A stretch of DNA of 64,000 bases from Perna viridis (taxonomy: Eukaryota): assembly GCA_037379345.1 (NCBI GenBank), contig CM074515.1:30879801-30943800 (forward strand). The letters run 5' to 3'. Under the pieces are notes generated by a model. It did not search any database, was not told the origin of the DNA, and worked only from the letters and a program-made list of their open reading frames with translations. This document shows positions 24,748 through 34,318 of this stretch, in pieces. Position 1 is the stretch's first letter; the number at the start of each line of letters is the position of its first letter. The translations under genes were made by a program, and so were the position numbers.

Positions 24748-25500
24748 AAATATACGATGCTAAGTTTGCATACTGTACTGTCATCTCATTGTTGGTGTGT
24801 CGCTGTTTCAGGTCACCGATTTTGATACCGATTTCTCTGTGTTTTTTTCTTCTGTTGATTCGTTTACAATCGGCGGCGTACTGCAATATTTGACATCTGG
24901 AAGCAGCCTCTTGGCGTTGTAACAGCTCGATAAACTTGAAATATTTGGGTGTGTAGTCAAGACGGTTTCTTAATCTTTAAGTGCCAAGTTGTTGGTTGTA
25001 CTTGGTCCTACGGTGTTGTAATGGTTCAACAGATGAAAGTTGCTTTCTACCTAATACTCGGTCATGTAGTCAGCAAATCTTGTGGTGTTGGTGTCGGTAT
25101 CTGCGTCCTCTAACTCTTGGAGAGCTTGAAAACAAACGTCCTCCACCTCCCCAGTTGGCCAAATTGGAAGAACTGCGACTCTTCTCGCCAGTCTGTGGAG
25201 GTCTTCGTTGTTCGAAAATGGAACTTGCAGGCCTTACTCTTGAGTTTTCTGCCAGGTACACCTGGTGTAGTGGAATAAGCAACCTTTCTTGGGGAAGCCA
25301 GGAAACACTGTAGATGCTGCATTATGTTCTGCTGTCTCGTAGTCAAGTACTGTAGTCTCTGGTTGAAGTTGCAGTTGTTCTTGTTGTCAGTAATCTGTAA
25401 ATGGTTAAGAAATTGGTGTAAGCTGCTTGGACTTTTCCTGGCAATAACGCAAAGACGAGTGGGTACATCGCATCATCCACAAAGCTATGTCTGCCATGTT
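24748..25500 (-). pseudogene. Mutator-like (MULE) transposase, C-terminal half, decayed
   Basis: NAASTVFPG, GCLFHYTRCTWQKTQE*GLQVPF (CxxH motif), RRVAVLP..VEDVCFQAL, FADYMTEY, NHYNTVGP and FKFIELLQRQEA. Confidence 0.85.
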
Positions 25501-26744
25501 ATTTAAGGGTGTTTTTTTTAATTCAATTAGCAATTGAATTTCACAATAAAATTAAAAATAATGTAAAAAATTATATGTACAAACTTTGCATACAAAATTG
25601 TGCAAAACATTTCATATTGAAAATTGAGAGGAAATATGAAATAGAAGATGGGATGGGACTGGTTGCATTTGATATTTCTGTGTATATAATTTATGCATTT
25701 ATTATTTATACAGCATGTCTTATCTATTGTTTATTAAAAAAAAAAGTTTAAGAGGGTCTTCATGCAAAAACCAGGCAACGGGTGGCACATGGCAAATTTT
25801 CGTTTCAAAAAATGTTCACCCTTTCATATCACAAAACAAATGCATTCTTTCTGGGAGTTGAATGTTAGTTTTGGATTAACTGCAATGATTAATGTGAAAT
25901 AAATTTCATAGAAAGCATTAAAATTCATTGAAAAAAGGGGAATAACTCTTTAATTTGAGCAACACTTGGTTGATTTGTTAGGGAACTTTACAATCATTTT
26001 CTGAGCCATACATTGTCGATTCAAAGGGAATTTTACATTACATTGGAACAAAAAATCAGTGGAATAAAATTTATCCTGTGCCACTCATATCATAGGATCT
26101 GCTTGTTTTGTTTACATTGACAGCCTCGATCTTCGAAGCATATAAACCAGCATTAAACTTGCATAAGTATGGGCATCTACACTTGTGGACACCATGGGCG
26201 AAAATAATCACAATTACATTGTTTCAATGACATCAAAATGTTATTCGGAGACAAATCTGGGGTCATTCTGAGCAAAATGACAAGTGTGAATTCATGTATT
26301 GCTTAGCCCTGGTAAAGCCAGTTCATAATGCATAATTATTTCCCATTTTAATAGAACTTATATAAATATATAGGCAATTGAAATAATCCTAAAAAGTAGG
26401 AACCATATTTGATCAATTTTGACAATGAAAACTTACTAATCATATAATTATTCAAAAAATTATAATGATATGAACTAAGATAGAAGTCTTGACAGAATTA
26501 AACCAAAGGCATTTGCGATGAAATTTAAAAAATCTTTACTTTTAAAAGTTTAACATGGTACATGCATGTATAATCGTAAGAAATTTGATAGCTCTCACTA
26601 TGATTTTTCCATAAAATACATTTCTTGCGATACAAGTACATGTGCATTGGATAATTGAGCTGAAACACTTTAGTTTTTTATATTTGAATACTAGACCATA
26701 ATATTAAGAATATATTGGATATAGACACACTTTGAGATTTATTT

Positions 26745-26923
26745 CTATTGTAATCATGAAAGTAATCGTGATTGCAGGGTAACTTGAAATGTAAATGACT
26801 AAATTGGTTACATGTAATCAGTTACTTTTATGATTAATGATTAATCATTACAATTATTACTTATAAGAATATAGTCAATGACAGCTGATTAATTATTACA
26901 ATTACAAGTATTCCATCTCTGAT
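26745..26923. repeat. GTAATC/GATTAC-rich dispersed repeat (MITE-like fragment)
   Basis: Clustered gtaat/attac motifs ending ccatctctg. Confidence 0.4.
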
Positions 26924-26924
26924 C

Positions 26925-27255
26925 ATGTGTGCTAGAATAGTGCAAGAACATTGCTGTGTGTCAGAATAGTGCCATGGCATCAGTGTGTGCTAGAAAGTTG
27001 TTATAACTTTATTTTTCCTAGAATCATGTTATAACTTCATTTTCCTAGAATCATGCCTTAACATCATTAGTGCTAAAATAGAATAAGCACATTGTGTGTC
27101 AAATAGTGCCATAACGTCAGTGTGTGCTAGAACACTTTTATAACATATTTTTGCTTAGTTTTGTTATTTTGTTTTTTTTTTTTGTTGAATCATACCTAAA
27201 ATCATGCGTGCTAAAATAGTGCAATAAAATTGCTGCGTGTCAGAATAGTGCCATT
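26925..27255. repeat. Same ~30-bp GCTAGAA tandem repeat, right block
   Basis: Same unit and orientation as 21450-21870. Confidence 0.85.
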
Positions 27256-27394
27256 ACATAAAAAAAACAACGTCATTTATCAATGTGTATTACAATAGTG
27301 TGTCGCATCTACAGTGCAAACTGTGTGATGGAAAACTAAAATTCGACGAATTTTCCGCACTTTCTGAATTAAAGCAATGTTTACTAGCGTTATA

Positions 27395-27782
27395 CTAAGT
27401 GTAAGTGTTTGTAAGAATCTGGTAAAGTGGGAAAAATCAGAAACATGCATGTCAAAAACCCACCGATCTGACAATAAAATATCATTCAAGGATACATTCT
27501 TCATTTGGAAAGACCATCTCTGCATCACTGGCTTTGCTAAGAAATTTTTAAATAGAATGTTAGAATTTTTTATTAAAAGAGTTATCTGCCCTTGAAATGT
27601 TTATTTTCTGTGCATTTCAATGAAATTGTAACTCAATGGTCCAGCATGATATGGAAAATCTTGTCTGTTTTCCTTGATTCTGATGGTGCAAATAGTCAAA
27701 TTACACTATCACACTGAAATGGTTGTTTTTTTTTAAACAATGTTTCACCTACTGCCTGATTCTTACAGGAACTGATACTTAA
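27395..27782. mobile_element. MITE family B (~385 bp, TTAA-like flanks)
   Basis: taagtgtaagtgtttgtaagaatc ... gattcttacaggaactgatacttaa TIRs; three copies in the window. Confidence 0.8.
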
Positions 27783-28189
27783 TAATATATTCAAAACAAT
27801 AAATGGGCCTAGTATAGCTTGATAACGCTCAAAATACGAGTAAAAATATTACAGTGATTCATATATTTACATCTATGGAATTTAAGCGGTTTTCAGTGTA
27901 TGAATGCAGCCAACAGATGTCACTAAATAAGGCTATGTAATGATTTGAATTAGTTTTTTCCTTATGTATGTAAATTGAATTTTCCAGGATATTTGTTTTC
28001 TATCCACATTTACCGTATATATTCATTGCCAGAATTATTAATCAGGTGATGTAAGTTAAAAGAAATAATATGATTAAACACAATTCTGAATAAATTTTTA
28101 CGTATTCATTGCATAATGTTGTTATTTGTATTATTTATTTTATAACTGCTACTTACCTTATCCGAGAGAAGCAGTTTAAGTAATTGCAG

Positions 28190-29326
28190 ATGGAAACAAA
28201 AAATATTCAGCCTTCTTTTGAAGACAGCTTGATAAGTTTTTCTTATGATATTTACCGGGAGATCGGAAACGATGAGAGCACCTGCGTTTCCCCGTATAGT
28301 ATCATTTCTGCGCTCCTGTTGCTCATGGCTGGGACCGCTGGAAACAGTAAAAGCCAAATAAAGTCAGCCATTTTGAAAAATAAATGGGATGATCACGTTA
28401 TTTATGATGAATATGGGATCTTAAAGGACTATATTTCTTACGGAACGAAAGGAGAGCTTTATGTTGCTACAAAACTCTTTGTCATGAATGGGCTCACCGT
28501 TACAACGGGTGTTCGTGATGTTGCGAAAGGCACTTTCGATGCTGATATAAGCTTTAAAGATTTCCGGAAACCCAAAATATCTGCTCATCACATGAATAGA
28601 TACATTTCTAAACGAACAAATGAGAAAATAAAAGACTTGATTTCATGGAAGTGGCTTAATGATAATACCATTATGGTCCTTGCTAATGCTGTATACTTTA
28701 AAGGCACATGGGAGAGGGAATTTTATCCAAAAAATACGAGAAAAGCAGATTTCTTCTTGAAAAATACTAAGACCGAAAAATTACAAGTAGATATGATGGC
28801 CATGAAATCATTTGTGAACCTTTACGATGGGAAAAACTACTCAGCGATTACCTTGCCATATAAAGGAGGATCTTTTGAAATGATGATAGTCTTGCCAAAA
28901 GAAATTGAGGGACTGAAAGATTTGCAAATGTCCTTTTCACCTGATGATGCTAAACACATTGATAAAAATTTGAAGAATGTGTCAGCTGTTATAAAAATAC
29001 CTAAGTTTACTTTTTCGGCGGCAACTAACCTGAAAACCCTGTTGCCGAAGGTAGGGATCAAAGATATCTTTAAAGAAGGCGTTGCCAACTTTTCAAATCT
29101 TGTCAATGAAGTTAATAGAAGAATATACGTGTCTGAAGCCCGGCACAAAGTTGTTATAGATGTTAACGAGAAGGGGACAGAAGCAGCCGGAGCAACAGCT
29201 TTAGTGGTAGAAAGGCGATCTAAGCATCAGCCAAGATTCGTCGCCGATCACCCATTCATGTTCTATATACGGCATGGATCTACTGGTACGATCCTATTCA
29301 TGGGCCATTTCAACCCGAAGAAGTAA
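28190..29326 (+). CDS. Serpin 2: inhibitory-type serpin (leukocyte elastase inhibitor/serpin B-like), P1-P1' Arg-Ser
   Basis: Intact ORF with ATG at 28190; CVSPYSI, VLANAVYFKGTW, LPYKGG, hinge EKGTEAAGAT, FVADHPFMFYI and ILFMG. Confidence 0.96.
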   Translation: METKNIQPSFEDSLISFSYDIYREIGNDESTCVSPYSIISALLLLMAGTAGNSKSQIKSAILKNKWDDHVIYDEYGILKDYISYGTKGELYVATKLFVMNGLTVTTGVRDVAKGTFDADISFKDFRKPKISAHHMNRYISKRTNEKIKDLISWKWLNDNTIMVLANAVYFKGTWEREFYPKNTRKADFFLKNTKTEKLQVDMMAMKSFVNLYDGKNYSAITLPYKGGSFEMMIVLPKEIEGLKDLQMSFSPDDAKHIDKNLKNVSAVIKIPKFTFSAATNLKTLLPKVGIKDIFKEGVANFSNLVNEVNRRIYVSEARHKVVIDVNEKGTEAAGATALVVERRSKHQPRFVADHPFMFYIRHGSTGTILFMGHFNPKK

Positions 29327-29747
29327 GCAGGTTGTCATTAAATTCATGTTCTCTTGTCGTTAACTTGTTAATGAATACAAACCATTCGCAGAAAACACAA
29401 GGGCAGCCATTGTTTAAGTGAAGTCAGAATTTTAAAGTCATGGAACAAGGACAAAGCAACAAAATCAGAGACAAAACAAGAGACAATATATAAAAGCAGA
29501 ACTAAATCACAATAAAAACTTAATACAAACTGGCGATCCGGGCTGCGTCATTAAATGTTACCATGGAGAAACATGACAACGTATGTTTATCGTCCTCTAT
29601 AACTTTCCCTATTTAGTTGTATATTTCATAAGTTCATATTTATGTATTCGCTGCAAATCAAGAAATGATGAATATGCTATGACAGGTTCATTGCCGTACA
29701 ACCTGTATAATTCGAACTCCCCTTTAAACTGTAGGGGTTTTTTTTAT

Positions 29748-30005
29748 TGCCTCCGTCGGTAGTTACGTGATTGCCTCGATTGCGGAAGGTCGTCATTTCG
29801 ATCTCCCGACAATCACACAGAAGACTTAAAATTAGTATTCACAGCTTCTCGGCCAAGCACACGATATTTCGGAGACAGAATGGTGACTGGCAGGCTCGGA
29901 GTCAGAATGATGTGCGCAAAGTGGGTGACATGCCTATTAATACCTGCGGGTTTTTGTTTCTGTGAGATACCTGTAGCAAAATAAAACTCCGGCGCAATGT
30001 CAGAC
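29748..30005 (+). mobile_element. tRNA-derived SINE (V-domain-like bivalve SINE)
   Basis: tRNA-like head (gcctcgattgcggaaggtcg..ttcgatc) followed by aagacttaaaattagtattcacagcttctcggccaagcac and ggctcggagtcagaatgatgtg; family assignment from memory. Confidence 0.65.
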
Positions 30006-30023
30006 TATTAAACATATACGTTA

Positions 30024-30165
30024 AAGAGTAACCATGGGAACCAAGATTCTAGCGGAAATCAAAAGAATGTAATCAAGGGACAAAGACCAGACATGGAAAA
30101 CAGACAAACACAACAAAGAACACAAAACAATCAAAATAATACATACAAAGCAACAAAATTAGCAA
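30024..30165 (-). mobile_element. Penelope-like extreme 3' end fragment
   Basis: agggacaaagaccagacatggaaaacagac is shared with the 18096 and 56770 copies. Confidence 0.8.
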
Positions 30166-31437
30166 TTGTTTTAAAATCCGTGAAAACAAGTCGGTTGTTT
30201 AATTTAGTTTAAACAGTATTTTATACAGTATAAAGCTGAAATGGATTGGGCAGCAGGCTAAGCCTATATAAGCCCTCCCCATGATACAAAATACAAAATT
30301 ACAATTATCAATATAAAACAATATTTGATATATGAATTATTAATCAATGGACATGTGGCAGCAGGCCATGGCCATTTTGGACAATAGATTTCAGAGTAAC
30401 ATATGTAAACACAAGTAGTGCAATAGAATATAGAATAGAAGTAGGTTGTAGTTCATAACGCGTTGTACTTTCTGACAGAATCCGCATGAAATCATTCTGT
30501 GTATAAATCTTTCCGTATTAATTAACAATTTAATATAGCTGTAATTCGGTATCGTCTCATATGTCAGTTTTCAGCGTACAACTTAGTTAACTTTAGGAAA
30601 TCGAGTTGGACTTTCTTTGACTACCTGTCGAAATTCCTGAGGTAGTAAACTGGGTAATGATTTTTAACTTTTTTTTTTGTTTTAAAACTGTGTCTGATAG
30701 AAATATTATATTTCCTTGTTAGTTCTCCAGTTGACAATGAAAGACATTTCACCAGGTTAATGATTATTCAATCATGGGGAGACTAACTATTTTCCCTGAA
30801 GTTGACTGCATTACTTGTTGTAAAATACCATCAAAACTTAAGAGTTGAAACAAAGGCACCTAATACGGCCTAGTACTTTATTATTGTTACAGTTGTTTAG
30901 CAATTTGTTTTTTTTTAGGTTAGCGAAGCGTGTTGCATAGGAGAACACGGTACAAGAAACGTATATATGTAAATCAACATGTGTAGCCAAATATATTTCA
31001 ATAAATACAATGTACAATGATTGTAAATAAATGATATCCTGCAAAACCAGAAAGCACTTCATATTAGAAACAAAATAAGTAGATCCAAGAGACGCGAATT
31101 TTGGAACTCCCACCCCTAATGCTGCAAATTTGGTTGATTTCGTGCATTTTGGGGGCGGAATTAGAATATTAAAATTCTGGACCATCTCTCTGACTCCGCC
31201 TGTGCGTGAATATTGTAGTTTTAATTATTTGAAAACATGTGCTCGAACAGACTAATCTTGCTTTTTTGTTTATCATAACCAGGTTTGATATTTCTTTATA
31301 CATGTAACACCAAAACAATCAATCGTATTTTGATTACAAATGAAGAGAAATGTTATCTCGGTAAAAAAAAATCATGTAAACAATAACTTTGTGTTGCCAT
31401 GATAGACTAGTCACCGCCTACTGGTTTATAGAAATTT

Positions 31438-31915
31438 ATACGGAGGAAAATAACTCTCACACCAGACTAAATAGTTTGCGGTCTTTTCTTACACAGGCAA
31501 AATTATTTCACATGATTTTCACATGAATTGAGCAAATAAACTAAGTGACACAGTTCACGTGAAATTTGGGCGAATGGAGTCTTCACGTGAAATTAACGCG
31601 AAATGTTCACATGAAATTCGTGTTAATTTCATGTTAATTTCACATGAATTTAATGTGAAGCTCGACTTTAACATGAATTTCACGTGAAAAATATTTGCCT
31701 GTGTAGGCTTATACTTCCTTTGAAACTAAAGCGATTTGAATGGTTGTAATTATTCGGTGATTTGGTACAAAATGTAGTAATTTTTACAATTTTTTCAGAT
31801 AATTACTCAAGTTTAAGAGGTTTTATTCTCCGAGAAAACGTTAACTGTTTTTCCTACTAATATTCAACATGATGCGTTCAATCAGTCTGTCTGGTGAACG
31901 AGTTATTCCCCGCTG
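31438..31915. mobile_element. Outer TIR element hosting the E-box MITE
   Basis: cggaggaaaataactctcacaccagact ... gtctggtgaacgagttattccccg, imperfect inverted ends. Confidence 0.5.
31490..31705. mobile_element. MITE with internal array of TTCAC(G/A)TGAA palindromes
   Basis: tacacaggcaaa ... tttgcctgtgta TIRs; 3 CACGTG and 4 CACATG. Confidence 0.8.
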
Positions 31916-31922
31916 CATTACA

Positions 31923-32220
31923 TTAAGTATAAGTGTTTGTAAGAATCAGGCAAAATGGGAAAAATCAGAAACATGCATGTAAAAACCACTCAAGGATGCT
32001 TTCCCTATTTTGAAAAAAAAAAAACATTATATGATCTATGCATCATTGGATTTGCTCAGAAATTGCTCCATTGTTTTTGACAGAGTTATCTGCCCTTGAA
32101 ATGTTCATTTTCAGTGGCTTTCAATTGTTCAGCATGATGTGGAAAACTTTGACTGTTTTGCTTTATTCTGATGGTGCACATAGTCAAATTACACTATCAA
32201 AATGATGGGCTTTTTATACC
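31923..32220. mobile_element. MITE family B, partial
   Basis: Colinear with 27395-27740. Confidence 0.8.
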
Positions 32221-32887
32221 ATGTCTTTTTTTTTCTTTTTTTTTCCTTTTTTTGCTACGGAGTTCTACATTAAATTCAATATACCAGTTTTCTCAATATT
32301 TAAGATTTGAGGGATGTCTGAGTTTCTCTGTAGTCTCAGCAGCTGTATTGCCTTTGTTCAAGCTTTGTATCATTGTAGGGGATTTTTTTTAACTGTCAAT
32401 TAATTAAGAGTCTAATAGATCCATCTAAATATTGCTGGGGGGGTCACTAAGACGTGAATTCATTTTGTTTTATTATGGTATTATGGTTGTGCAAAGTGGA
32501 GAGTTCCGTTTTTTCAAAAGGACGAACATGTTATCCGCGAACACCAAGGAAGATATCAAGTATATCCCGAAGTCTAATTATTTTATAAAATATTTTAGAT
32601 ATCATCAAAACTCCCCACGCGATGAAAAATGTAAAACTAGTAAAGAAAAGTATGCTTTTTAATAATAATATACATACAATGAAATTGTGCAATTATTTCT
32701 AAATGTTTCAAAACTCTTTCTGTCCTTGTAAAACACGTGGAAAATGAGGTAGGAATACTTTAATTCAAACAAGCTTAATCACGAAAACGTTTTCCCCTAT
32801 GGTCATACCAATAAGCAGCAAGCTAAACATAACTTCGATAATTACAGTAAGAGACGGAACGAACGTATGCAGCTGCATGGGGCTTGA

Positions 32888-34318
32888 CTAACTCCCAGAA
32901 GAATTTACCGGTTTGCTGTGTGCTGCCGGTGCGTAGCTTGATGCACCAGCATGACTGTACGCGCTAGCATAGGTCGAGCTATTGTTTTTTTCTGCTGAAA
33001 TATTAGACGGTAAGGTATTAGAGATGTTATTAATAGATGCGGTAGAACTACCTGAACTTGAGGAATGTTCCATAGTAGTATTGTAGTTTACGATTCGTTC
33101 TTTTACCATAGCCTCATAACTTGTTATATTTCTTATGCTTGGTGACGCCTTTGACAGCGGGTTACCATAACGACCAATAAACAAAATTGTACCAGTGCTC
33201 TTTTCTCTGATGAGATAAATGAACGGACGGTCTGCGGTAAATTTGAAGACTGGGGGTAACGCTGACCTGAAGGAAATAACGAATGCGACCGCTGCCGCTG
33301 CTTCACTTCCCTCCTCGTTGACTTCGATGACACTTTCGTGTATGGCATCTGAGACAAACAAAAATCCATATTGTTGGTGCGGGCTCACCATGTGCTTAAA
33401 ATTAGCTTTAGATGCATCAAAAATATCCTTTACACCTAGTTTGCACAAGAGAGTTTTTATATCGAAGTTACTTTTTATCTTGAATTTTGGGAGTGTAACT
33501 TCCGTTTCTACTGTCATCATGCCTTTGTAAAGTTTATTAAATGTAGATTGAGTTAGATTCCTTTCCAAAGCTGGTAGCCCTTCTTTGTCATCAGGAAGTA
33601 TAACAACCATCGAAAAGTTACCTCCCTTGTAGGGTAACTCAAGTAACTTGCAGTTAAGGTCGTCACTTTTCCCAAATCTAAATTTAGATTTTTGATACAT
33701 CATTTGGGTCTTTACAGTAGAGTTTTTGTTAATCCAAAAATCCATTTCTTTAGTTTTATTCGGATTAAATTTCGATTCCCACTGTCCTTTAAAGTAAATG
33801 ACATTTAACAAAACCATGAATGTTAAGTCGTTTAAAACTCCATCTGGAATTATATTCTTTATCTTCCTGCCAGTACGATGCTCGATCCATCTATTTATCA
33901 CCTTACGAGTGTGAGGCTCATCCCCGAAATCCATCAGTCCAACATGGAATCCAAAATCCCTTCGAGCCTCTCTTCTGAATTTATACTTGATACGCTCCAC
34001 TTGCCACATTCCGAGAAACAACTGATTGGCTACAGCAAGATTCACTTCCGATTTATTTTTCGCTCTATACTGCAAGTTACTATACAAATCTTTGTACTGG
34101 TGAAAAATGTTCCCATCTGGAATTTTATCCTTGAACATGACTGTCTGTAACTGCTTTCGTGACTGTCCATCTGTACCCAGAATGAGTACCATAAGTGCCG
34201 CGGCGACACTGAACGGTGAGAGACAAACATTTTCAGTTTTTTCAATTTGGTTGTAAAATGACAAAGAGAAATCAGACAAAGTTACGTTAAAAGTGATGTT
34301 TCCTGCTAAAGAATTCAT
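32888..34318 (-). CDS. Serpin 3: inhibitory-type serpin, P2-P1-P1' Phe-Arg-Ser, with C-terminal Ser/Asn-rich extension (476 aa)
   Basis: Intact ORF with NVCLSPFSV, VLLNVIYFKGQW, LELPYKGG, hinge EEGSEAAAAV, FTADRPFIYLI and ILFIGRYGNP, followed by ~89 extra residues. Confidence 0.96.
   Translation of the reverse strand: MNSLAGNITFNVTLSDFSLSFYNQIEKTENVCLSPFSVAAALMVLILGTDGQSRKQLQTVMFKDKIPDGNIFHQYKDLYSNLQYRAKNKSEVNLAVANQLFLGMWQVERIKYKFRREARRDFGFHVGLMDFGDEPHTRKVINRWIEHRTGRKIKNIIPDGVLNDLTFMVLLNVIYFKGQWESKFNPNKTKEMDFWINKNSTVKTQMMYQKSKFRFGKSDDLNCKLLELPYKGGNFSMVVILPDDKEGLPALERNLTQSTFNKLYKGMMTVETEVTLPKFKIKSNFDIKTLLCKLGVKDIFDASKANFKHMVSPHQQYGFLFVSDAIHESVIEVNEEGSEAAAAVAFVISFRSALPPVFKFTADRPFIYLIREKSTGTILFIGRYGNPLSKASPSIRNITSYEAMVKERIVNYNTTMEHSSSSGSSTASINNISNTLPSNISAEKNNSSTYASAYSHAGASSYAPAAHSKPVNSSGS

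Noticed and set aside
28837-33530. Antisense ORFs overlapping the serpins (e.g. 28837-29148, 33219-33530)
   Set aside because: Shadow frames of real coding sequence with no independent evidence.
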